DNA from: Chara braunii
Taxonomy: Eukaryota; Plantae; Charophyceae
NCBI GenBank assembly: GCA_003427395.1
Contig: BFEA01000011.1
Span: 314,915-378,914 of the forward strand
Direction of reading: 5' to 3'
DNA: 64,000 nt
Shown: piece by piece, positions 1 through 14,014 of the stretch
Layout of the letters: each line of letters opens with the position of its first letter
How positions within the stretch are numbered: the first letter of the stretch is position 1
Program-made: the position numbers and the translations under genes
Notes under the pieces: model-generated
The model's input: only the letters and a program-made list of their open reading frames with translations
Databases searched by the model: none
Told to the model about the DNA's origin: nothing

Positions 1-233
1 GCCGGGGCCGGGAGGGTGCGGGGACCGGGGGTCCGGGGCCAGGGTCGGTGGGGGTCCCGGGGGCGGGGCCGGGTTGCTGGGTGCCGAGGCCGGGGTCCCG
101 CAGGGGTGCCGGGGGTCGGGCGGGCACGGGGGTCTTCAGCGGGGTCCGGGGGTCGGCGCCCCCGCGGGAGGGGGTCTGGGGGTGAAATCCCGGCCCCGAC
201 TTTGCCCCCGGGGGTCGCCGGGTGACAACCCTG
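1..233. mobile_element. Right end of a GC-rich TIR DNA transposon/MITE (left part outside window)
   Basis: GC-rich tract of CCGGGG/GGGTC motifs ending abruptly in GTGACAACCCTG (reverse complement CAGGGTTGTCAC, a hAT-like terminus), then a switch to AT-rich DNA. The other TIR and the TSD are not visible. Confidence 0.55.
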
Positions 234-426
234 ACCACAACAATGTTGAATAATAAAAAAAACAGGCAAAAAAAGTAAAGAAAAATAAAATAAAATTTGA
301 CCCTCAAACCACCTATAACTCCTGAAATGGCATGAAATGTCTTCAGGTCATTCCAGTGATTTCAGACCTCTCCTAACAGACTTTAGGTTCTTTCATTCTA
401 AAATTTCAGGAGGTCGTTAACCACTT
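234..426. mobile_element. Right part of an AT-rich MITE-like insertion
   Basis: Ends CGTTAACCACTT, like the end of the 20892-21145 insertion (CGTTAACCTCTT). Retroelement homology to 43128 onward resumes at 427. Confidence 0.45.
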
Positions 427-2027
427 GTGACCCACTTGACATAAAAATAGTTGGGGATTCATCCCCTACTTTTCTGTGGCAAGTAGTAGCCGCTTCCCTT
501 ATAGACCATGGCCTAACAAGACTCAAACACTTTCTTCCTATTTAATAGTAATGTAGTAATTTTATCATAAGGGATACAACAACAACACCCCACTATGGAC
601 CAGGAACGTAGTTCCGGCGTGGGTCTCACTACTAGTTACAAGACAAGATTATAACTTCTTCAAAGTCATCTCTCAAGGGAATGATAACATAAGATTGCAT
701 CCTTCCTTAGGGTAGACCTTACACATTGACCACTTCCTAAGAAGTACTTATCTCAAGAATGCGGTCACTCCATTCACCTCTGAATCCGCATCAGACATGA
801 ATTCTGCATAATATTCTTACCCGTCTTTGAGGAGCAATCCAAACAAAAACTTAATAGATAGTCATAGGTTGATAATAAGACTTGAGACGCTTTTATAATT
901 CCTTGCAGACTGATAAGTTCAAATACACACTCCAGATACATAACCTATGTAAATATTTCAGACAAGGATAACCATTAAAAGAATATAATCGCTAAGCACT
1001 TAGCCTTACATAATGAGACATTAGGCAAGCTTATTCAGATAAGATCTAGCATACATGGATGAGTTCAACACATGACTCAGGAGAGATGCCCTTAAAAGAA
1101 AATAGTCTCAAGTCCTTAGCTTCAACCCCATAGATTCAAGTGGATGGTCCAAACCAGGAAAGGTTCAAGCAAAGGTCTAACAACAATTACAACTCATTGC
1201 CCCATCAAAAATCAACAAAATAGTGTAAGTGTTAACTCCTTCACTGTTGCTCCAACTACCTCTAGGATCAGATATCCCCTTTTCCGAAAAGATGCCATAC
1301 AGAAATACTACTTCCCGTACTCCTCTCCTTTGAGGTCATAACACGATGCTCACTACTCCTATCCACCGTTTTACACGCCCAGTTAAAACACATTGCGCTT
1401 GGCAGACCTCACATTTTCATGGCTATATAATCCGAACAACCACTTAGAACCCAGACTCAAGGATCCCGACCCATGCTCATAAAGACTTTCAACATCATTA
1501 GCCTAGCCCTCATCGAAGTCTTTCCATGACTTCTGACATGATAGGCTCCCTTACTCATCCTCTGCCTCATTCTAAAGCCAAAGTACCCCATCGCTCTCAT
1601 GACTACTCATGTAACTCTTATAACTGTGATAAGTACCTTATAGGGTTTACTTCCACGAGAATCACACTTAGCCGTGCTGATACTTCCTCATCTCACCTTA
1701 GCCATATCAATCACCCAAGGCATCGTCCAGAACTCACAAACTTTTAAAGTCAGAAGAGGGTATCAACTTCATTTACTACCATGCTAGTAAGAGTACTTGA
1801 TCACATAGTCAAAACGTCTATCGTTCTTGCGCCATCGTTATTGCCCTAGCCACAACCATCTCACACAATCAACCCTCACTCGTTCTACATCCAATACCAT
1901 GAATCGACTAACCATAAAGAGTTCAACCAAAACGTCTCATTTTGCCTAATCCTCACAATCCCGTACCCGAATGTCGTTCCACCAGGGACAACGACAAACA
2001 ACCGTTATCCCCGGCGACGGCGCCACC
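427..2027 (-). mobile_element. 5' internal region of an older, more diverged family-1 element (copy x)
   Basis: Collinear with 43128-44412 but clearly more diverged. Retains a ~315-bp stretch (about 460-775) that is missing in the three younger internal regions. Confidence 0.8.
2008..2025 (-). promoter_or_regulatory. Primer binding site (tRNA-Asp), copy x
   Basis: Minus strand reads CGACA-GG-TGGCGCCGTCGCCGGGGA, 17/18 to TGGCGCCGTTGCCGGGGA, the complement of the plant tRNA-Asp 3' end (Athila-type PBS). Confidence 0.85.
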
Positions 2028-2361
2028 TGTCGAGCGCATCGGTCCAGCACCGCACAAGGTAGCGTGGGACCCTCTCGGCCGCGTCACGCAGGAGTTGGTC
2101 TAAATCCTCATCGTGCATATACATGAAGCTTCCGCAAGCCGCTCCGACCGAGTGCGCCAACCATACCTCCCGCGAGCCCCTACGACGAGATAGGGCCTAC
2201 GTGCGGCACGACTTACCTTCACCTTACAGGAGCTGTCACCTCCCCTCGATGGCCGTATCCCCGCCGAGCTACCAGTCCACAATACGAAAGCTGATCAGTT
2301 GCAATCGCAGAGGTGGACCAGCCGAGGACATTTCTCGTTCGCTGTAGCATAGGGGGTACGC
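2028..2361 (-). repeat. 3' end of the 5' LTR of copy x, interrupted at 2361
   Basis: Near-duplicate of 2386-2720. Abuts the PBS. Homology stops after GGGGGTACGC. Confidence 0.85.
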
Positions 2362-2385
2362 TGTCGCACGTTTTTCTAGTCGCGC
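2362..2385 (-). repeat. Terminal 24 bp of a third LTR-like element (family 3), continued at 51506
   Basis: Begins TGTCG like the other LTR termini. Joined to 51506 onward it restores the hairpin TTTCTAGTCGC...GCGACCAGAAA (10/11 pairs). The last 4 bp are the GCGC TSD. Confidence 0.7.
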
Positions 2386-2853
2386 TGTCGAGCGCATCGG
2401 TCCAGCACCACACAAGGCAGCGCGGGACCCTCCCGGCCACGTCACGCAGGAGTTGGTCTATTCCTTCGTCGCGAATACACATGGAGCTTCCGCAAGCTGC
2501 TCCGACCGAGTGCGTCAGCCGTACCTCCCACGAACCCCTACGACAGGATAGGGCCTATGCGAGGCACGACTTACCTCCACCTTATGGGAGTTGTCACCTC
2601 CCTTCGGTGGGCGTATCCCCGCCGAGCTACCAGTCCACAATATGAAAGCTGATCAGTTGCAATCACAGTGGTGGACCAGCCGAGGGCGTTTCTCGTTCGT
2701 TGTAGCATAGGGGGTACGCGAGGTAGTATGCCTCTATCGGACCCACACGCGAACTGGCATCTTGGGGGGCTGAAGTCCCAAGCGCGGCCCGTCGTCGATC
2801 GACTAGGACGTATCTCACTCACCACCCGCATACCACACTACGAACACTACAAA

Positions 2854-2889
<36 letters not shown>

Positions 2890-5800
2890 CACACATCAAA
2901 CAACGCGACAACACTCTTAGTCCCTTCAGTAACCATCCAATAACTTTCCGATGCGGAAATCGGATAGGCGTCTCGTGCGAGACTTAGTATAAAATCGCGC
3001 GGACGTAGGGCTAACTCATATCGACTCACAATGCAAGCGTACGCAAATGGTCATAATGATGGCGTACTATGTAGTACCCATACTCATGCGGTCCTCGTTA
3101 ACCTGGAGGATCGCACTCGACACTCAAGTGTTGGCTGACACGCGCCTTAATGGTTAATCTCTCGACGCTGGACAACCGTCTAGTGCAGTTGAGAACCACA
3201 CCCTCTTCTGCACCCTGCAGAGAGTGGGTGGTACACAAGTTCATATCTGTGGTGGCAATTGTCTCTTATTGCCCTTGAGACCAACTCCATCATCTGGGGT
3301 CTGGAGAGAAGTCAAGGGGTTTGACTTTGTCAGTTGCCGCGGACAACAACGTCCAACTATAAAAACATTAAAAAGCAAAGGGAAAGAGAGAATCTCCCTT
3401 CTTCCTCAACGCATAATCTGTTTAACCCTTACGCACGGTCACAGTAGGCTGCACGAAACACAGAAGACATATATATACACATACATACATATATATAGAG
3501 GGTTATTAATATAGGACGATCACTTCTCACAGTCACAGTGGGGCTCCTCTCAGCCGTATATATGTGTGTGATCGCAGGTAAATCAAATCTAGTGTCCGAA
3601 CCACAAACATACCTGCAATCACATCAAAGATCCAACAAAAGTCAACGCACTATACGGGGTCAACTTCAACCATTCTCTATGCTCATACCCCTTGCTTTAG
3701 CCATACAAACATCACTCTTGTGCAACTCCCCGAAGAAAATACTCAGTAGTTTTGTTAAATGACCATTCAATAAAGTCCGGGTGAAAACACAATGAAACAG
3801 TTCAAACCACAGGGCCAAAACCTTTTAGGACGAGTGACAAGAGGGAATTAGAGTTGAATCGTAAACCGACGAATCGTCAACCGACCTGTTATTAGTGATA
3901 ACAGAGGATGATCCTTGTAAGATCAAGTTGAAACCAGCTCTAATCCTGAATCAATCGATCAAGAAGACTTGAAACACAAGATAGACCAATTCCAAGTTAA
4001 GTCTATAAGTCTATGGAGAATTAACCTCCATATCACGATCTCACTCAAATCATCCTTATTAACTAAGCCTAAGCCTACCTCCAAACAAGTGCCCAAAGTA
4101 AAGGTACACTAATGGCAGAATCTCCCCTATTCAGGGTGGATCGCCAAAACCGTCACCTGTCAAAATACAATCTATCTTCTTTAAGCTAAAAGAATTTCGG
4201 CAGCGCTTCCCGTAGGAAAAGTGTCTTTCCAGAATTTATATCAACATGAATATGAACGCAGAAATAGTTTTTGACTTTTCAAAGTCCAATTTTTGTAACT
4301 CCATGAATTAACAAAAATTTGGGCAGCACTCCCTTTGGAAAAGAGACTTTCCAAATTTTCACTAAGCCATGTATGAACTTTAGACAAGTTGAACTTTGCA
4401 AAGTCAAAATTTGACTAACTCCTTGGATTTGCAGAAATTTCGGCAGCGCTTCCCGTAGAGAAAGTAGCGTACCAAAATTTATACAAAGCCAAATATCATA
4501 AAAGATCCCAGAAAATACGAGAATTGATCTAAGTAGAATAAAGTTAGCTCAGAAAATGCAGGAATTGAACTAACTTCTAAAGCTCTAGCACGTGGCGAGC
4601 AACTAAAGCAACTACCTGTCAAACTGAAACTCAGACTAAGTAGTGACCCCACCCAGTCACATGCAGGCGAAACCACAAGGGTAAGTACTCTCACCATCAC
4701 AAATCAACTTGTCAAACAATAGTTCATAGTCTTTCAGTGATTCAACCCCTTATCCCCAGCTTACATAAGGCATAAGGTCAGAACACCCAAACTTATGGAA
4801 TGAAGCTTACCTTAGCCAGGCCTAAAGTCAAGCCACCCAAACTTATAGAATGAGCCCAACTTAGCCAATGTATACACAAACACATGACACAACAACTTTT
4901 CTCTTCTTGGGGCGTACGACTAGACCATTCTAGTCGCCCTGAACTGTTTAAGTAGCAAGATTATATATGCCTCTTTGAACTTAATCTTCAAAGCGGGCGT
5001 AGGACTGAGTCATTCATCTTAGAAACAATGCACAGTCGGCCCACGTTACCTTCAATTATACTCTTAATTATACTCTGTTCAGGTTGGAATAAGCTATAGT
5101 CAGACCACCTAAACTTATAGAACAGTCTGATCACCTTGTTCATAAGTAGAATAATAATAAAATATAGTCAAATTATAACCTTGGGTTCCAACGTGTACGG
5201 GCTTAGAGGGTGACCACATGAACTTACAGAACAGTCCGACTCTCTGCCTGATTCATTTCTCTTTGATCTAGCTATGCGTGGCATTGGGCTAGACCACCTG
5301 AACTTACAGAACGGTCTGCCCTTTGTCAAGTTCATTTTCTCAAAGTAAAGCAGGAAGAGGCTAAGCCACCTAAACTTATAGAACGACTCAGACCTCCTCG
5401 TTCAAAACCAAATAAACAGAGAAAAACTCAAGATAACCAAGGCAACCAAGACACCTGAACTTACATAATGCACTTGGCCCCTGAAGAAGTCAATCACAAA
5501 CCGCCCTCGCAAGTCAGAGCAACCAGACCACCTAAACTTATAGAACAATATGGTCCTCAAGGCAATTCCACAACACCGGGTCTCCCCAAACTTTTGGGAC
5601 TTCCCAGCTTCCAGAGCAATCAGACCACCTAAACTTATAGAACGGTCTGACGCTCCACACAATCCAAAATAAAACATAGCACTGGGTCTCCCCAAACTTT
5701 TGGGGACTTCCCAGCCTTACTGACACAGTCAAATTTTAAAGCAATACTGCATTCCTACCAACCTTCCCCCCAGATACAATTCTCTTTTGTTCACAATCTG

Positions 5801-8800
5801 CCTTCAGGCAATCAACAAAACTGAAGCTGAGATTACATAGACATTCTTTATTTAGTCTGATTCATATTCTAAAGGTCAAACAAAAAAGTCAAAGTAGGGG
5901 TGCATGCCATATATTCAGTCAGAACATGCAATGGGTAGTACAGATATGGGTTATAATTGGGGTTTATAGAGGGAAATTGAAGGTTACCTTTCAATTCCCT
6001 ACCTCCAGAACTCCTCATGAGTTCTGGCAGAGCTCACGCAATCAGTGGGGTGACCTCCCACGTACGCCTTGTTGCGGTCGTACGGGTTGCAATTTCGCCT
6101 GCCGCCTTCCTCTCGTAACCAAAGACTAGACTAAGAGTCAGAAAGGCAGAGGAAGAAAGTTTAAGTCTCTCTGATTCAAGAAAGGTGCTCTCAGACTCGC
6201 AGGAGAGGGTCTTGAAACCTTCAGTCGCTTGAGGGCCCCTCAATGATGGGCAATGTGCATAGCAACCTGGTCAACCCGCAATCAAGCTGTTCTGAATACA
6301 GACCGTCCTGACGTACTTCCGGATTGTAGCGGTATCCCCTCTCACCACCACTCCTTTAAGCTACCACAACAACTTTTCCTTTCGGTCCAACCACTTCCCT
6401 CACACATTACTAGAACAACAACTAGACACACATTAAAGACCCAAAAAAAACCCAGTTCGCGAAACAAAATGGTATGACAAGGCTAATTGCACACACACCG
6501 CTCCCGCAAAAAGCCCAGACAAGGCAAGACGCAGGGCGAAAACCAACTGAGGACCACCGGATACTGCAGCACCCAAGACGCACAGTCGGTGCAACAGCGA
6601 ATTCCTCTAACGCAATCCGATCGCTCCCTCGGCTTCACATTTCTTCTTGGCCGCCGTGTAACTGGCGGGGTAATATCCAAGCACCGCCGGTAGGAACACT
6701 GCCCAGTGGCTTATTCCTCGCTACCCACTTTTGATAGTTGAAGAGTACGTTGGCCGACCCGCCTGGTTCGCCTCCCCTGCGGCTGGCCTTGCAGTTGCCT
6801 TACACGGTGGATCGATCAGTACCTCAGTCGGTGGCAGATCTTCTAGCAAGTAACAATCTGCAACAACACCGCAGCTCCCGGACCAGTCTTGGCACTCCGT
6901 TCCTTCTGCTCTATGCACTTCCTTTCCTAACTGCTTCATATACGCAGACTGTTGGGCTGGTCAGCGCACTAGCTGAAACGAGTACGTTTCTAACACTGTG
7001 GCTCGTTGTCCCGCTACTCCGCTCGCTAAAGCCTGCCAATCCTTCCACCAGCATGCAGCCCGCCGATTCTTCCTAAGTGGGCGAAGTACCGGTCAACAGG
7101 TACGTCTCCAAAACCACTGTCTGCCCGCTGCAAGTCCCCTCAGGGATCATGACCGAAATCGAATGAACCTTTCGCCAAAACACGATCGGGTGCATAAGTT
7201 GTCGTACTCGTGCACAGGATGGAGAAAGTGAGCTCCCCATTAACATTAGGATCAACGCACCTGGTAACAGGTAAGACTCCAACTGTACTGCCTGCCTGCA
7301 GCATCCCCACAGAAATGACTGGGAAAATCAAATGAATCTTCTGCTAAAACGCGGGAGTATTCATTGTATATTTGTGAAGCAGTTTTCCCTCTAGACGCAA
7401 CCTACTTCCTTACTAATTTTCTTCTCACTAACCTATTGCCAAAACTAACATTACCATCGAGATCGCCTCGGCCACAAACCTCTATTGTAACCTTTAGCCC
7501 ACTCGATTCCATCAAGAATCGAGTGGTACCTTGATTTCTCTCCTCACTTCGTCCCTCCTTCTGCCATAGCTCCATGCAGCCCCTCTGTCTCGCACCACCT
7601 ATCCTACTAATTCCCTGCTCAAACTAACATCATATTAAGACTCCCTAGGTCTAAGAAACAATGTGTAACATCTCCCCTCGCTCGATTCCGATAAGAATCG
7701 AGCGAGCTATAGTGCCTTGGGTGCACCCAAGCTCGTTACCTGCCACATTTACTATCGAATGAACCGGGCGCGATAGCTGGCCCTGTTTCATTCACCCTAC
7801 ACTGCATCCATGCTTCGCTTCGCCTGCCCACTCCTTCGATCTTCTCTTACCTATGCGTCTGCCGCCCTGGTTTTCTCCAGCTCCATCCCCACTGTGCCTG
7901 ACTCGTCACCCCGCCATCCCTCATTCTCATCGCGCACACACCCGACGCGACACCTCGTTCCGGTTCATCCCCCCCTTGAGTTTCCCTCTTTGCTCCTTCG
8001 CCCTCTGGCACTCCGCTCTCTGGTGCTTAGCGCAGCCCGACCGAACCCGCCGTATCTCGCTTGTCCGCACGATCCCAGCGCCTGGCCACACTACAGCCTG
8101 TCTCCCTTGCCACCTCGCGCTCCTCTCTACTGCTGTCTGTCACCTGCTGAGCTATCAGCTCGTCATTCCTGTTCCGCGTCTCCCCTGTAGCTCCGCTCTC
8201 CCCTTCCTGTGAATGTACCCGGGCGAAGATCCGGGCCAGGTCCACCTGATCCGCCTCTGCCTCCACTATCCGTCGCTCCTCCTCACAGCAGCGTTCCGCT
8301 CCGCCTTACTCCGCCCGCAACTGCTAGCGCAGTCCGATCGGGCCCGCCGCCCACTGCACAGCTTCGGCGGCCCTAGCCCGACTTCAGCCTACAGTCCGAC
8401 GGCAGTCCGTGGGCAAATTTAGTTCCTGCAGCCTAGAGGTATGCCGCTGGTTCCTACGGAGTAGCGTTTGAGCGGAGGCCGTTGATGCTCATAGGGGGGG
8501 GGAAACCGGAAGGGAGGTACAGTGACTGACCCATTGGAGGGGCCCGACCCTGATGGTACCGGCTCACCCCTGGCCGGTATCTTCCCCCCTGCTGTAGCAG
8601 GCATAGCACCCGCTGGTGGGTGTAGCTCCCACATGTTCCCTCGTCGGAGATTTGAACACGGAAGTGGCTGCTACGGGATTCCCCGTACTAGGAAAAAGGG
8701 GGTAACTCCGACGTAGTCACGAAGACAGCCTATAATCGTACCTCAGGCAGTTCCCCGAACACAACACACCCTCATGCGACCCCGCCAGACCCGGAACGTA

Positions 8801-9509
8801 GGTCGTACATAGTCAACATTACCGGCCCCTACACCCGGCGTCACGTCTTAATTCAAAAGATGTCGGGGCATAACAATAAATAACAATGACGATAAATAAT
8901 AAAATATTTAGAACCTCTAATCCGCCTGCATCGTTCCGACGCCGCCACGACAAACCCAAGGGGGATATCCCCGTCGGGCCCTCGACCCCCTCGGTGCCTT
9001 CGCGCCACTCCGATATCCCCGCGTCGTCGCCGCTCGATCTCGATCCTTGAACCTCTCAGATGAAAGAGCAACGCCATAACTAGTAGTGCCAGGCCCGAGT
9101 TTGGGTCTAGCTCTGGCGGGTGCCTAAATAATCGGATACTGCGCGACGCGCCGTGCTACCGAAACGCCTTAAGAAGTCACATTGTTGTCGATGTCATCCT
9201 CCGCACGTACGTACAAGTCATAGGTAAACATACTAATCAACGAGACGTAATCTTTTTAATCCCTATTTATCTAGAAAGAAAAATTATGGCCAGCGATCAC
9301 GCCGACCCTTCAATCATCAACAATTAAAAAAGATCACGCGCGCCTCAAGTCTGCGCGCCCACACACTCTTTATTCTAGTCAACCATCAGCCGCATAAACA
9401 ACGGAGACTGCCGAGACTCACACGATATATTCAAACTCTAAACTAAACTTATTTTCTATCGCTTGCAAAAACCAGGGTGGATACCCTTGTAAGGGTATTC
9501 GCACCGACA
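2386..9509 (-). repeat. LTR d (3'-most LTR), 7124 bp
   Basis: Collinear over its full length with 44413-51501. No PBS follows it. Ends at the GCGC TSD. Confidence 0.9.
2855..2895. repeat. (CA)n microsatellite in LTR
   Basis: Direct. Shorter versions near 18005, 30620 and 44885. Confidence 0.9.
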
Positions 9510-12114
9510 ACTTACTGGACCATATTAAACGACGTCCCCGTTGCTCCGCCAAATCAGAAAGCTATAAACCCATCCTAAACCCCAAATGTTGACGGTAAAG
9601 GAATCAATCCGATTAGCCGACAGACTTAGGTTAGAGGCCTCCAACAACCTGTGCCGACACAACTGTATGCTGCCAAGGTTTCAACCTAGGTCTCCATTGC
9701 CCTGGCATTAGAACGCCGGTGTATTACGCATCAATACTACAGCATAAGTTCCAAAGGCCTCCTGAAACCGTCCTCTCCCCTTCGTCCTAGACAAACGCCG
9801 GCTTCTCGTTGAGTGCCCCTGTTAGACTCTTCCTCGTAAGCAGAGCCCTCCCCAGGGACGCGGGCCTTAAATGTGACCTTAGAAGGCATCATCTCGCCTC
9901 CCTCCCAAAATCCTCACAATCAAACGCATATGTATAAGTATACTTAAATCTCATTTGAGCTCTTTCTGCAGTCTGGTACAGAAATGCTAGGTCTCCATCC
10001 TAGACCACCATAGTCTGGTTGATCGAACCAGATTTACGACCTACCACATTGTTATCTTAACGGCAGTTCCCTCGCTGGTTAAGCAACGATAAATTTTCTC
10101 TTGATAAGCATTCAATCAGGACTTCCAAAAAGACTCGACTCGTATCCCCCACCATCCCATCGGAGTAATTTCCTGAGGTGTGCATAACCCCTTAAACTCT
10201 TACCCTTTTGGTAGACGAGGACCTGCTGCTAGGTTGTGCTGGCAAGCAGCTATCCACTAGGGGTTGCGCCCTAGAGGTGCTATCCTTTACCGTCTAGCTT
10301 GGTCTTCCTTAAAATTCCCTAGGATTAGCACAAGTGTCCGGGTGGTGTGTCGAAACAAACTACAGGCCCACTGCGGGACTACGCAGGGGTCTGTCTCACT
10401 TACATGCGTTTACCAGCTCCCTATGAGACAACATAGAGAGCACGACACCCTTCGCACAATCATAAACAGAACCACCACCAGGTTCACTTAGGTCGTGGCC
10501 CCTTGACTTGATCAGAGACAGTAAACCACACACCCCGATGACATCTACCAAATGCACTGCTTTGCGACACTCTCAATACCATTCAAACAATTTTCATGGT
10601 TCTTCTCGTCAGACTTTATAAGTTCAAACTTGTTTTACCATGCCCTTAAATCCATTAACCACCTTTCACACGAAGGAAGTCTCATCAATGGGTCTCCTCG
10701 CCATCCCTCTCTTTCTAGGATGAACTATCACGCGACCCTTTTTAAAACACCTTCCTTTTGAAGACGGGTTTTCCAATAAACAACACTACCATCTTCCTTA
10801 ATCTGAAGGGGTCTCAACCATAAAACGACTCAAACTGAGGGACCTACTCATGGGTCCTGTCCACAACTCAACCACGAAAGAACTCAAAATGAGGGACCTG
10901 CTTATGGACCCTCTTCGCAACTCAATCGTAAAACATCCAACATAGTAAGTATTCGAGTCTCAGAGACTCACAAAATCCCTTAGGATTCTCACACTTCTGT
11001 CACACAACAACTGCACTACCTTTCCTTATACTCGGCCCTATCACCCACCCGTGGGCAGATCGCACAAGTATACCGGAGAGTAGACAATCCACATCCATCC
11101 ATTCTTCCAATTCCACGACACACAAGGTGCCTCTTATATATTTTTCCACACAAAATCACCATTCATCAGGATAAAATCCACACATGTGAGAGTGATTGTG
11201 ATCGTCATATACAAAGAAATAGTCTCAGACAACGTTCCAACTCAGACACCCTCAAGGGTATAACATCCCAACTTAGGCGAACAAATATACTCTTGAATTA
11301 CTCGTATACACTTAAAGTCGAATACTCTCGACTCAAGTTGGCACCAATATCACAGAAAGGATGCCACCCCCTTCCTGGCCAAAACTTTTAAACTAAAGCA
11401 GGTCCATATGGGGCGTAATCGTACCCCTCACCTGCCGAAAGAATCTGTATAATTCAAGACATACCTAAATTTTGAATGACCCAAGGCCTATCATGCCTCG
11501 ATGGGTTGTAAGTTCACAACAGCCTCGAGTCAAAGCACTGCTCATACTCTTTCCTCATATCCCGTCGCAACACCCTCGAGGCCTTAAGGCCACGAGAATT
11601 CAAGCTCAAATCCTACCAAACCTCCATGCATATCCTATTTACAAGCGCATGGGTACGTATACCTTTATAATTCAGGGTAGTGCGGCCTAGAGCGAATTCA
11701 ACACTGAAGCACAATCATTTTACTTTGAACCTTTGGGTGATATCCTTAAAGTACATGCCTAAGGGAGCCAACTACCATGATCAAACTAAATCAGTGCTCC
11801 TTAACCCAAATCGCATCCTCACACGGTCTCTTAGCACAATGTACTTCCTACACTCATGGCCCACTCTCACATTTTGATCGCGCTATAGCCATCCTACCCC
11901 TAAACAGTCATAAGAACCTGGGAGATACTTACCCCATCTACCTTAAGGTCTCTTTAGGGTCCCACATACACTCACAAAACCTTAGTGTATACCCCCTCTC
12001 CAACTTATTTAGTATACAGTCAGATCCTTGTTGGCTAAAATACGAGGTCGGGGACCATACAATCAACAATCGCGCTAACCTACTTCCACGTTCACATATA
12101 TAAGATTGAATTTA
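9510..12114 (-). mobile_element. 3' part of internal region 3 (very decayed RNase H/integrase-like DNA)
   Basis: Collinear with 36551-39149. Minus-strand translations give only weak motifs (GWHPF...YFFVYDDH; KGMVRQV...) among many stops, so the domain identity is low confidence. Confidence 0.7.
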
Positions 12115-13954
12115 GCAACCACTTTCGTGCTCAAATCTCCAACGGGGGAACATGTGGGAGCTACACCCACCAGCGGGTGCTATGCCTGCTACGGCAGGGG
12201 GGGCGATACCGGCCAAGGGTGAGCTGGTAGCATCAGGGTCGGGCCCCTCCGATAGGCCAGTCACAGTACCTCCCTTCTGGTTCCCCCCCCTCTTATGAGC
12301 ATCAGCGGTCTCCGCTCAAACGCTACTCCGTAGGAACCAACGGCATACCTCTAGGCAGCGGGCACTAAATTTGCCCACGGATTGCCGTCGGACTGTAGGC
12401 TGAAGTCGAGCTAGGGCCGCTTAAGCTGTGCAGTGGGCGGCGGGCCCGGTTGGACTGCGCTAGCAACTGAGGGCGGAGTAAGGCGGAGCGGAACGATGCT
12501 GTTAGTGCTGTGAGGAGGAGCGACGGATAGCGGAGGCAGAGGGGGATCGGGTGGACCTGGCCCAGATCTTCGCCAGGTACATTCACAGGAAGGGGTGAGC
12601 GGAGCTACAGGGGAAACGCCGAACGGGAATGACGAGTTGATAGCTCAGCAGGTGACGGACAACAGTAGAGAGGAGCGCGATGTGGCAAGGGAGACAGGCC
12701 GTAGTGTGGCCAGGCGCTGGGACCGTGCGGACAAGTGAGACACGGCGGGTTCAGCCGGGCTGCGCTAAGCAGCAGAGAGCGGAGTGCCAGAGGGCGAAGG
12801 AGCAAAGAGGGAAAGTCGAGGGGGGGATGAACCGGGACGAGGTGTCGCGCCGGGTGCGCGCGAGATGCGAATTAGAGATGGCGGGGTGACGGGTCGGGCA
12901 CAGTGGGGATGGAGGTGGAGAAATCCAGGGCGGCAAGCGCAGAGGTAAAGGAAGATCGAAGGAGTGGGCAGACGAAGCAAAGCATGGACGCAGTGCAGGG
13001 TGAGTGAACCAGAGCCACCTATTCCGTCCGGTTCGCTCGATAGTAAAAGTGGCAGGTAACGAGCTCAGGCGCACCCAAGGAACTATAGCTCGCTTGATTC
13101 TTATCGAAATCGGGCGAGGGGAGATGTTACACATGGGTTCTTAGACCTGAGGAGTCTGAATATGATGTTTGTCTGAGAAGGGAATTAGTAGGATAGGTGG
13201 TGCGAGACAGAGGGGCTGCGTGGAGCTATGGCGGAAGGAGGGACGAAGTGAGGAGAAAAATCGAGGTACCACTCGATTCTTGATGGAATCGAGTGGGCTA
13301 AAGGTTGGAATGAAGGTTTGTGGCCGAGACGATCTCGATGGTAGTGTTAGTTTTGGCAATAGGTCAGTGAGAAGAAAATTAGTCATGAAATAGGCTGCGT
13401 CTAGGGGGAAAACTACTTCACAAATATACAATGAATACTCCTGCGTTTTAGCGGAAGATTCATTTGATTTTCCCAGTAATTTCCGTGGGGATGCTGCAGG
13501 CAGACAGTAAAGTTGGAGAGTTACCCGTTACCGGGTGTGTTGATCCTACTGTTAACGGGGAGCTCGCTTTCTCCATCCTGTGCAGGAGTGCGACAGCTTG
13601 TGCACCCGACTGTGTTTTGGCGAAAGGTTCATTCGATATCGGTTATCGTCCCTGCGGGGACTTGCAGCGGGAAGAAAGTGATGTTGGAGACTTACCTGTT
13701 GACCGATACTTTGCCCACTTAGGACGAATCGGCGGGCTGCATGCTCGTGGAAGGATTGGTAGACTTTAGCGAGCGGAGTAGCGGGACAGTGAGCCACATT
13801 GTTAGAAAAGTACTGGTATTAGCTAGTGCGCTGACCAGCCCAACGGTCTGGGTATGTGAAGCAGTTAGGAAAGGAAGTGCATAGAGCAGAAGGAACGGAG
13901 TGCCAAGACTGGTCCGGGAGCTGCGGTGCTGTTGCAGATTGTTACTTGCTAGAA

Positions 13955-14014
13955 NNNNNNNNNNNNNNNNNNNNNNNNNNNNNNNNNNNNNNNNNNNNNN
14001 NNNNNNNNNNNNNN
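13955..14014. other. Assembly gap with a 95-bp sequence duplicated on both sides
   Basis: 60 N. 13860-13954 is identical to 14015-14109. Confidence 0.9.

Noticed and set aside
9478-9509. Helitron 3' hairpin or Penelope pseudo-LTR/inverted ends
   Set aside because: TGTCG/CGACA termini, PBS and TSD define an LTR element, and the inverted copies are explained by one inversion.
2386-9509. Hammerhead/retrozyme LTR (suggested by the 4-bp TSD)
   Set aside because: No CTGANGA-stem-GAAA core found by eye. A descriptor search would settle it.
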